From: Botryllus schlosseri
Lineage: Eukaryota
Length of the DNA stretch: 64,000 nt
Direction of reading: 5' to 3'
Assembly (NCBI GenBank): GCA_051294905.1
Contig: CM119372.1
Span: 12,216,001 to 12,280,000, forward strand
Shown here: positions 15,201-27,200 of the stretch, one piece after another
Position numbering within the stretch: position 1 is the first letter of the stretch
Layout of the letters: each line of letters opens with the position of its first letter
Notes under the pieces: generated by a model
The model's database searches: none
Seen by the model: the letters and a program-made list of their open reading frames with translations, nothing else
Told to the model about the DNA's origin: nothing
Made by a program: the position numbers and the translations under genes

Positions 15201-18200
15201 GTGACAATTGTAATATATGAAAAAGGTTCACATTGCAGAACCTACCAAGGTTCGTTTGTGAACTTGAACCTCTAAATTTCTGAGGTTCACACACAGAACG
15301 CAAACGTGAACCTCACGTTCACACCATCCCTACCAGTTACCCCTCAATCACGATTCTAGATATATATTTTTTACTTGATTTACTGACGCCAACGTATCGC
15401 TTGTAAAGCTTGTAATCGCAAGTGTGTAAGAATAATAATAATATCAGGGTCGAGGACTATCGTATTTCATTACGAAACACGTAAGTAATCTGCATACTGT
15501 GCAAGTTCAGCAAGTAATTTCTTGTCAACAGGAACAAACTGTACAATATCTTTACGGTGTTCCACAAACCACATGATCTGCTGTATAGATTCTTGTTGGA
15601 ACGCTAACGCCTTGTTGATACAATTTCGCTCATGTTGGAATGTCTTAGGCGTGCACACTTGCAGCCCGCCGTTACTATCGCCGTCTGACGGCACTTACGA
15701 ATGTTCCGACGAAAATCGTGTCGATTCCGTCTGCGCTTTCCACTGCGATATCGGATACGTGTTGACCCACGTCAATGTGATAATATGCGGGATGAACGCC
15801 GGCGGCACTCTGGGAGAGTGGAAGGGCGTGGAGCCACTTTGTGAACGTGAGTGAAAGGTTAGAGATTGAGTCTCCCACTGACCCCCTTACCCCAATAAAA
15901 AATTAGAAATAAATAAATAAATATTGTAAAATAATATCAGATAAATATCAAAACCTGTGGATTTAGACGAACCCAAAAAAAATGAATTGCCAAATTGACA
16001 GCTATCACAGAAAGCATATTATCATCAATTTCAAACGCTTTGCTACTTGTGAATGACCATTGATCAACACGTTCTTCTTTCGAATCTTTTTATATACCAT
16101 GTGCTAGCGTTTTCTCTACCCCACCCTTGAAATCACTGAGTATTCCGTCTTCTGCTGGACACAGATTTGTCCCCCACGAGCCACCCATAAAACTTGAATA
16201 AATAAATATCTGAAGAGTTCCTTAGGGGTACAGAACTTCAATATACAATGGAACGGTATATTCATATTGAAATGAACTCGAGTATTTCTGCTGGCACTCG
16301 ACAGGGGTAATGTCAGCAACTAGTAGAGAATTGGAAAGAACACTGTATATTAACAATGGTATCACAAATGACGTCACTGGCATAAAATTACGAATAATCA
16401 GGACGACGAGAGCTCAATGAACTATTGTTAGATGGTAGAATAACTCTGACCCCGACGTGTGTGAGCAGAAAATATTCAGGTTCATTTCAATATGAATATA
16501 CTATTCAATTGCCAATAAGTATGTAACAAAATAGGATCAATTTCAAGCAATTTGCGACATGTCACATCATGAACGATTATTGACCTGCACAGTTTCCATG
16601 AAGCATAGTCCAGCCACCCATGAAATCATCAGGTCTTCTCTCTTACTGGCCTCCGGATGGCGACACATATATTCTCCTAGCCACGTCATTCTATTCCAAA
16701 GATATTTGCAGCTTTCATATACGTGTGTCCGACGATCGAATCTTTCGAACTGTCGTCTGAAACGGAAGTGGTTTGCTCGAACGGAAACAAGAGAGGATCG
16801 CGATGTTCTTTTGAATGCCCCGACGACCTGGTGCTCAAACCCGCCATCGAAATTATCGAATGCGTCGACGCGAACCGAGACGGAATCGGCGACTGGTCCG
16901 TGGACCCGCCCCAGTGTAGAAGTAAGCAGAGCGGAGTTTATCCGTTTAAAATCTAAGTGGAACTGCGCCAGTCACTTCCCAGCAAGTTTTATTGTGTAAC
17001 CCACAATTGCATATGGCCAAACGTATGAAAAATAAATTGATAAGAAAAGCAACAATGCTAATACACATGCAATTTACTATTAATGCGTACGTTGAGCTTG
17101 CATATTAGATATTATCAGATTATGTCTAGGCTTCATTGACTTGATTTCCCTACTCTGAAACTATTCAGAATTACCTAAAATTGAGTTACACCTATTTTTT
17201 ACATGTAAGATCGTTAGTAAGTTTTCTTTATTTATACCTACAAAACTGCTATAATATCAGAAAAAAAACTGCCGGCATTCCGTAACCACCAAAAGCAGCC
17301 CTCTATGACATATTGAATAGACAACTGTAACTGTTCGAAATGCTTCGCGACCCACCATTGGATCTCGACCCACTGGTTAGAAAGCACTGGACTTGGACTA
17401 CTCAATCAAACAGTGATCTTCCGTGTCGATTTATGCTGAAAATTTGGTAAATATCGCGATCCATCGAAATATCAAGGTGTTGAAGTAAAATTTTGCCAGG
17501 CTCTCAGCTTTTTGTTATAAAATGATCTATTCGTGAAAGATTTACTCAGTACTGTCCTGTGCTGGAGAAGCACGGGTTATTATTGTACGAAGTTATTATT
17601 GCTGCGACAAAGCTGCTATAAGTGGCCGTAACATTTCTCACTCTTCATTCGCAAATCAGGATTTACTTACTGGTCTTTGTCGTAACAACACTGCTAATAA
17701 TATGCGAAGCATTTCTCATCTCTTATTCTCATATCGTTTTAACCCGAAACGGGAAAATGGGAAAAATCCTTAGCCTGTACATCAACTGTTGGTGTGCTGT
17801 GTATCTGCCCAAAATTTGGTTCCATCGCTCAATGCTTCCTTTATTTGTCGCCGACCAGAGACTTCATGTTCGGAAGAGAATATAGAAATAGCCCGCGGGG
17901 AGGCGAAGTGCACTTCGTTCAACGATATCGGCTCCGAGTGCAAATACGAATGCAATCCGGGATTTTATGTGCTGCCTCCATATTCGACTATCTGCCAGGA
18001 AGACGGCTCTTGGAATGATTCTGTGCCCGCCTGCAAACGTATTATCACTGTTCATTTCGTCTATTAGTTTCCGCGAATATATATAGGATGGCTGGTACAA
18101 CACGCTGATATAGCCACGCACTATCCGCTACCATTATGGGGCTTCACAGTGATTTTTATACGTCTTTCGACTCGAGCCCATCCCCCGGGTATTTCTTGAC

Positions 18201-21200
18201 TGATTGAAAGTCATATAGACTATTGGGCAGAAATGTCAATGTCTGAATCAGGTAAAGATTGCTACAGTAGGAATAGAGTAACTGGCGTAATTAAATTATA
18301 CACCATCTTCAATTCAAAGCCCCTATCATTTCACGAAAACTAGACTGCTTCTGCGATTCGTATAGACCAGTGGTTCCCAACCTTTTTGTCTTCATTCCCC
18401 GCTTCAGATTTACTCCGAGCCTTCATTCCCCACCAGGACCGTAACAGCACTTCGTCAGCCCCGCTTAAAAAACGTTGATCTTGGGCCCCACAGGGTGATA
18501 AACGCAACGTCTGGGGGGCGAAGCCCCGCTGAGTCTGTACGCTTTTTCCCCGCTACTTATCAGCTGCATTGGGTATACTGTTTAGTACGTCGCCTTATTG
18601 GTACTAAACGCGCGAAGTACGAAAAATTTATATAATTAGTGTTTTAATCGATAAGTGTGATCGGGAATTGTATATATTTTGTTATCAATTTTTTATCCCC
18701 TCTCCGCTCACGTAATCAGATTTACCGGTAGAGCTGAGTGAGGTGTGTTGGAAAAGGTAGGATCACTAAATAAGAATTAAACATCTTCGGGCGGACCCGT
18801 TGGTATATTGACTTCATTACATTATGCTACTTCATGACGTCCTATATCTGCTATGTCAAAAGATATGGAAATCGTCCAAACTAAAAGGCACACACGATTT
18901 CAAATTGATATTAGGCTACTTTACTGGCAAATAATTTTTCCCTACGGGATGGCGTTTGCCCTGTGGGGTTCAGATCACCAGGACAGGAACATTCGGCGCC
19001 AGCCATTTAGCCGCCTATGGACAATTAAACATATATGTATGTTGTATCGAAGTTTTCGGTCACCACAAGGCCATTCCTTCTCGGCCAAGGTCTTCTTGCG
19101 GCTGATCGTTCTGGCACACTTCTCGTAGTTGCATGCTACATGGCCTATAACTTCATGTGCCTTGGTGCATCGTGGCGCAGTAATGGCCGACGCCGAAGTC
19201 TCCATTTCTATAAATTCTACATATTTTCGTGGGGGAAGGGTACCGAATATTCAGATATTCGGCAATATTAAATCGCGCACGTAGCGCGCGAAAATTATTT
19301 TGAAAAAGTGGCGTAAATTTAAAAAAACAACAACTTTTATTTATGGTAATTCGCGAAATAATATCGGGTCTCTTCGTGCTCGCTCGCCACCCCCCCTCAA
19401 TTAGGGGGTTTGGGGTGCGGCAGTTACGGTCCTGTTCTCCACTACCCAGCACTTTTGTCATCACAGAGCAGCTATCTGCTGGTTTGGCTACACAAGACAC
19501 ACAACCACACCAATACGCAAGACAATCGCCTATAACTGCAACATAAAACGTATTGTGAACCGATACCAGTAACGCTCAAAATTTCGCGGAAGCGTTATTT
19601 CACGTCAAACTAGTCGTGCTGGACGTGTTTGTGACGCCATCATTGGCGATCCAGAGTTAAAAATGAGGTGTAAACAACACGCAATATAATTTTCGATACA
19701 TACATCCCAGAGCAGTTAACTGATAACGGCAATTGCGCATGTGTCTTCGTGAATTTGTAGACTGTCCTGTATATAATTTTGAACAAATGCGTCCATTCCC
19801 CACCAGAAATCATTGAATTCCCCACCGTTTGGGAACCACTGGTATAGACTGATCGACGAGACTTGTATTTCTATTAATTATATGCACTACTTTTGTGCAG
19901 GCTGCCTTAGCTGTGCAATAGATTATCTTCTAAAAAACCAATTCATCAGTTCCTGTTTCTGCTTGGCAAGCACTAGAATTTTGCGTGCACCCTGTGTCCA
20001 GAAAGTAGAAAAACAACTTACACTTTAGTATCAATGCCCGCTACTGTACTTTGGGATGTGGCCCTGTTTGGTCCCGATTTTTGGAAAATATGATTCTTGT
20101 AGGCTAAAAAACTCTGCCAGCCTAATACCCTTGGTGTCTCCTTTTGTATATATGTTTTACGGATCACGCCCCAAGTATCAATACCTGCTACTGTGCTTTG
20201 GGATGTGGCCCTGTTTGGTCCCGATTTTTGGAAAATTTGAATCTCATAGGCTAAAAAACTCTGGCAGCCTATTGCCCTTGGTGTCTCCTTTGGTATATAT
20301 GTTTTGCGGATCACGCCCCTACATCACTGTCGACTTTTCATCATTTACGAAGTGTAATTTTGACTCCTTCTGTTGAATTTTGCTATTCACACATGAATGA
20401 CCCTAAGGGTGTGAATTCGACTTGTGACCGGCGGTGTTTTTACGAAACGCCTGACATGCAGTCAAGTTTTTACCTCAATCCAGCTTCCAAATGCTACCCG
20501 GATTTGGAAGAGATGTTTGGAAGCGACGCAGATTGCTACGGCGGACACAGCCCGGGCGCTGAATGCGACGTTAAGTGCTCGCACACTTCTGAAAAGTACG
20601 GCACGAAGAGCAAGTTCGTCTGCGCCAATCAGGACCGGTACGACGGCGCCGGATTTTGGGACAATAACATGATCTCTTGTGCTGGTGTGTTGGCTGTTGG
20701 AAGTTTCTTCATATGCCCACCGAGCGTTACTTTATGACTGAGGCTGAGCAAGTGGAAGATAGTTTCATCCAAATATCCGATCAGATATTCAGTCTGCACT
20801 ACCGAGCGTAATAGTGTAATGGTGATGAGTCCGACTTCTTGATCGGTAAGTTGTGGGTTCAATCCCTGGCCTGGTCACACTAAAGGCTCTAAAACTGGTA
20901 TCTGCGGCTATCCCGTTCGGCGCTCAGGATTCAAGGATAGCGTGGAGGAGAAAAATCATGGTGGTGCACACTAGATAACCTTACCTAAAGGTTGTATCGT
21001 AGCTCCGTGGTCATCGCGTTATGCAGACTAGAATAAATCTGAACTCTCTCTCTCACTACTCAATCCTGTGGTTATGGTTTTAGGCTACTTTTACTTCTAC
21101 GGAACAGTTTTCGATGCAAAACTAGGTCTAGACTAGCCTACTTACTTTTTTTACATCTAAATTTCTACTTCTGGTACTTTGGTTGAAATTTCTACTTAAG

Positions 21201-24200
21201 CACCAACGACGACTACTTCGACTATCTAAATCCCGTGGATGTGTGAAGATGAGCTTAGATTAGATATATTTCTCCTACTTCCACTTGAAGTGGTTTTGAT
21301 ATGTCACTGGAATTGCTACTTCTACTTGTAATAGAGTGGGTATTTACGCCGTTGCTGCTACTTCTGTTTGAGCAGCAATGCTAAGTAATATGATCAATTG
21401 TAGTTATCACACCGTTCCAGATACTAATAGCATTATTGTAAAGTTTTGAGTGGTTTTTATCACTTCAATTCATGTCAGCGAATGTCTGTTTGTTCCTAGG
21501 CTGTGGCAGTGGCCTTCTTGACATTATGTTTGTTCTGGACGGATCCGAGAATTGGCCGGTGTGGGATTTCTCTGACGTCAAAGATTGGATACCTGATGTC
21601 TTACACAAGCTGAGAAAAGTTATTAACTACGGGGCCACGTGGATCTCGGTCGCCGTTCTCGGTAGCAGAGAAAGCAAATGCAACCAAATCTTCAGCATCC
21701 CTAACTATAAGGTGTTCATATGCTTATCAAACCCGTTATTGTTTTCGATATGATCCCATTCCGTCCGTGCAGCTGGAAATGAAATTGGAATATCGCACTC
21801 TCGAGGAGATCAGAAGAAGTGTGCGGGTTATCAAGCAAATGGGCGGTTGCGCCCACTTTGGCCACGGGCTATCGGAAGCTCTGAATTACATGAAAAGACA
21901 GAAACGTCCTCTCGTTACTGCTATCATGGTGCTTATGCTCGGCGGGAAATCTTATGACAGCGCCATTGCGGCGATGAAAACCTTCAACGCTTCAGGTCAG
22001 TGTGTTCCCTACATCATTTTCGTGATTATGCCTGGAGTATTAGGAATGGAGCAACCTCATTCATTAGCCACAATCCACAGATAGTCAAATCTGATGTATT
22101 AAAGCACAAATCCTGTTCTGCTGGTATTACGTGAAAAGTCTGTACTGCTGTAGGATCTCCAATATTTCTGGTCTTGCAATTTAAAAGAGAGTCGACCTTG
22201 AATTACACTTGTTGAATAAGACACCATTCGACTCTTGATAATGATTTAATGTGACTCGTTTCCGAGCATCGATCACTCCTGTTGTTTGTAAAAGTACGGT
22301 ATTGCATTGCGCCTGCATCTACATCGGCCTACACGTGCCATATCAGTCATTCGCAGAATCCATTGACGACGCCTCAAGCTGAATTCTTTCCCAGATGTGG
22401 CGTTGTTTGGCGTGGGCAAAGGCGAAGACGCGAAGGAATTTTTGCATAGCTACGGAATTCCACACTATCTCGTCAGTCACCCCGAAGATTACGACTTGGT
22501 GACTCCGGATATTTTGCAGAAAATCGTGAAACACGATTGCCAAGGTGACCTATGTCACTTGGCTGTCGAAATGAGAAGACAATATCTTGGCATTTTTATA
22601 CTACTTCAGTTCATTATTAAAATTTCATCATTTCCAAACACCACAAGGCTGTGATACAATGAAAAGATAGGAAGGTGTCGAAACGACTTGGAGTAGTCTT
22701 TGAATTCAGACACCAACCTGGGCCTAAGCGATGTAAAGACTCAAAGAGGAGGCATCCGCACTGAATGAAAAGTAAAAGAAGCAACAATATGAGGTGGCAT
22801 GCAACCGTAGGCGAGATCTATATCTCAGGTCGTGGTCCGGTAAAGTAGACTGGGCTGACTAGTCAATAGAAATTGCTTGTATTTCGACTTGAATGTGTAT
22901 ACGCTCGACGGCTGATGGATACCCTGCGAGATGATGTTCCAAACATTAGGTCAGGCATATTTGTTGGAGCGTCGATCGTATGATACTTACACTTCTTTTC
23001 TGGCAACCGTTGACTTTGCATTTTGTGAAGTAGAACGTAGGTTTGTGGTGTATTTGCCCTGTACCACAGAAATTGAACCAACCGTGCAATTTCGAATGTA
23101 GTCTACTCCGATTGGCTGCAAAAAGTATGTGGCCCTAATCTCCTTTTTGAAACTATTTACCGTACTTGAGCACTACACAGACCTTCATTTTCCTCTTCCA
23201 TTTGAAATAGTTGTGACATGTTGACATAAAACATTACTGCCTATCGCTACTTTAGCAGAAATGAGAACACTACTTCTACTCGATAAAAAACTTTGACCGC
23301 CTCCGGTATTGCAGAGCACTCTCTGTGTTCCGGCCCTATCGCAAACGGCAGCGCCATATGCGAAGTGACGGCCGGAGACCGCGTGAGGGAAGTCTGCAGC
23401 ATTTACTGCGACAGTGACTTCCAGCTTATCGGACCAGAATCAGCGAACTGCGGAGATTTGAATGGCGATGGCAAGATGGAATGGCTGTCTCCGCACGGAA
23501 CCTGTAAATGTATGTGAGCAGATGTCGTTTAAATAGAGACTTAAGACGTTCCTTATGCGCCTTTATCTCTTTTTGCTGTCATAAATGAATGCATAGTATT
23601 TAACGCACTCTAAAACCAGAGGTAGTCAGTAATGAAGTACTCAACTTTTTTGCCAACATTTAGTACCTACTCGAATGTTTATGATTTTAGACTACTTCCA
23701 CTTGTACAGTTATTAGACAAAACGTCTAAATTTTCACACCCTAGGATTGTGTCAAGTAGTTTTGCGATGTTTGCATCACTTTTGTTCGTGAAATCTTCAT
23801 AGTAACTGGAGGAAATAGCCCCTGTTATTACTGAAGCTGGAAATAAGTTCGAAAATTCCACCTTATTGGATTCCACCTAGATTTATTAGAACACACGTAT
23901 CACGCTTGCCGCTCGGTTAAAACCTCACTTTTGTCTTATCTTATCAGGCTTGGGGCTGAGCAATTGAAGGCCATAAATTCTGCCATTGGCGAACATCTGT
24001 TGGATAATTCCGCTTGTACAAAAAATAATCGAGACAACAGATTTCGTGTTGTTGGGAGGGGGCGTTCACACTTTCATTTGTCTGCCTTGAAGTCGACTTT
24101 TATCAAAATACACCACCCAAGGCTGTGTCAACAAAAGGAATTCGTGTACCATCTAATAATAGTACATTGAACGCTCTCGTATTCAAAATTTCATGCTGGT

Positions 24201-27200
24201 GATGTCATATTTTGTGATACGATGGTTGATATACGATGTTCTTTCCAATTCTCTACTAGTTGCTGACGATTACCCCTGACGGTTGTCTGCCGAAAATATT
24301 CGGGTTCATTTAAATATGAATATACTATTCCATTGTATATTGAAGTTCTGTACCTCCAAGAAGCTCTTCTAATTGTAGTATAAACAGAAATTCTTAAGCT
24401 GGTTGTCTACCCACTTGACTTCATTCTCGTTTCAAGCACTTTGTGAAACCGAAACGGTTTTTGAATCCGCCAAAATCCACACAAAAAGTCCGTCATGTAG
24501 CCTACTTATCCGTGGCATTTAAAGTTGAATGGTTTTTCAGTGGTAACATGTCCCGCCATCGAAACTCCAGACGACATGGACATGACGTGCACCAACGCCT
24601 ACTACTACTCGTCGGTATGCCATTTCACGTGCAACGACGGGCTGCACATGATCGGCCCTTCAGAGGTGTATTGCGGTGACCCGGACAGAACCGGCCAAGG
24701 AAAGTGGACCACAAAGCTACCGACCTGTACTCAAAGTGAGATTGTTGTTACAAATATCATAGTCAGTAATGAAGTACTATAAGTACTCAAGTACTTTTAC
24801 CTCTACTGGAGTAGCAATGCTGACTCCTTTGACGACCTCTGGTCTCGGCGAGGTGTTTCAGCCGCTGAAATATTTCCAGCCTTGATATGCTTACCCGAAT
24901 ACACGGCACCGGAATTCGGAAAGTCAACCTGCACCGATGCAAATAAGGCAGGGTCGCAGTGTACTTTCCGATGTGATCAAGGCTACAAATTGGTCGGCAG
25001 CGGTGATATCTTGTGTCAGGACGCGGACAGGGCCGGGCAGGTTACCTGGAGTGACCCCCCTCCGGTATGTGAAGGTTGGTAGAAACGATTTGTTGAAAGG
25101 TAACTTTGTTCTCAAGTGTACTGTATCTACGGTTCAGATTGCCCCGGTGGGTATTGTGCAAAGGATATTATTGTGCTGTTGGATGGCTCTGGCAGTGTCA
25201 CCATTGATGACCTGAAGCATGTGAGAAAATCCATTGCTGATATCCTGGAAGGTGTGCAAGGGGAGATTGATTCTGGATCGACACGAGTAAGGTTTTGATT
25301 TACAAGGCTATATCTGCACCTTCCATGTCCATTGGCATATGTATATCATGAGTCGGTGCTGCATAAACATCAAGGACAAAATATACAACGTCCTATTCCT
25401 ACTTGAAGTTCAAGCCATTAGCAAAACAATCATCATTTTATTAGCATCTTCAATGATTCTAGGTAACACGAGAATTCTCTACATTCCAGAGATAGGAGGA
25501 TTCAATACGAATTGGATTTAATTATAATGACAGAGCTTGCAACTGCGAGCCATGCACAGTGAAAAAAAGTAGCAGAAGATAACATAGATGGGATGTTGGA
25601 CATGGACAAGCGGTGAAAATGAAGTTTTAGGTGTTGGTGGACTATCAATATGTCAGAGCGTGGGCTGGTAATCTCAAGTGCAGACTAGTATATGGAAAGT
25701 TCTTCATTTCATTATATCCATCTACAACACATGCAGTCACATCAATACCCGATTACTCTTTTAGTATCAAGTTGTATTACTGTTGTATCAAATTACTAGT
25801 ATCTTTTAGTATCTTGATGTGACAGTACGAATCTTTCTTTGAATCATGTGTTTCAGGTGGGTCTTATTCAGTATGGTGGCACATCTACTTTCATATGCTC
25901 GTCCGATGCCGTCTCCCTTGAGTATGAGGTATAGTACTGCATTTTCATTGTGACATTGTATCGGTTTCCAGAATGAATGTAAGAGAGGAATTGCAGTTGT
26001 GGTAATCTACCATGATCTGGGGTCGAGTCAATGTGATTCAAATGCAGCTGGTCTAGGATCACTCAATCTATATTAGAGAGCTTATTTATTTCGTCTAAAT
26101 AGAAGACAATGTTCATAATCATGCAAGTCATGAAATCACATCATGTTTGAATCGCCAAGCTGACATTAGCTATTACTGTCATGGAGAACCGATATGACTA
26201 AAGTCTTCAAGGGCGTAGTCACCCATACATATTTCGATGAATTAATCTATCTTCTTCCCTGAATTAAGTAGGAAGATATAACGAGGAAAGAAACGAACAC
26301 AAAAATGAGGAAATATTAGAGAGTAACAGAAAAATGATGGATGTAGTTTCTGTTTTTGCCAATGTGAGCTTGTAATATCAATAAGATAATTGAGAATTTT
26401 ACAATCACCTCTACTTGCCTTAAATAGTTTAATACTAGTCGACTCAATTTTAATTATTTTGAATTTTTAGGTGCAATTAGAACTTGGCTACTATCCTTTT
26501 CGTGAAGTGAAGGATGCGATATCAGAGTTACCGAGATTCGGTCATTGCACCGCCACCGGTCAAGCGATTTCGGTGGTGGCGAAACATTTTCAAACCTTGG
26601 GTAGAGACAACGCGCATTGGGTCTTGGTACTCCTAACCGATGGGCGGTCGAATGACGATGTCGCCGGACCCGCCCAGAAAGCTAAAGATTCGGGTGTGTT
26701 AAAGTAGAATGCACGTGTGCTTTCGTTTTTCAAGATTCCTTAGGTTATTTTCTATGAATTTCGGACTCAATATGGAGAATAATACTAGGAATACCAGGTA
26801 GATTTTAGATCGATCAACCTTACTTGGTCGTTTCGACATTCTCTGTTCATTACATCGCACTGAGTCGTCTCTATCACAATCAAAACAATAGCAGTGGTCA
26901 GTCGCAAGTATGTTCTACTTTTACGAAGTCATCAGGTAGGTTTTGCTTGAAACTGAATCACGCTACCTCCAGTGGTAATGATTTTAGTCTACTTCTACTT
27001 ACCGTTTTCAGTTTTTTAGGCAAAGCTCGGCCTAGAATACTTATTTTCTTTACTTAATTGTAAATCGCTACCTTTACTTCAATAGAAATTTACGAATCTA
27101 CGGTGGTACTAACAATGCTTACTTTTACAACCTCTGTGTATCGAAAATCGACTAAAACATCAAACATGTTTGCAAGCATTTAATCAATTTTAGGAATCAA

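Noticed and set aside
20800..20880. tRNA gene
   Set aside because: A/B boxes are present but there is no clean cloverleaf, and the sequence continues into a repeated SINE body.
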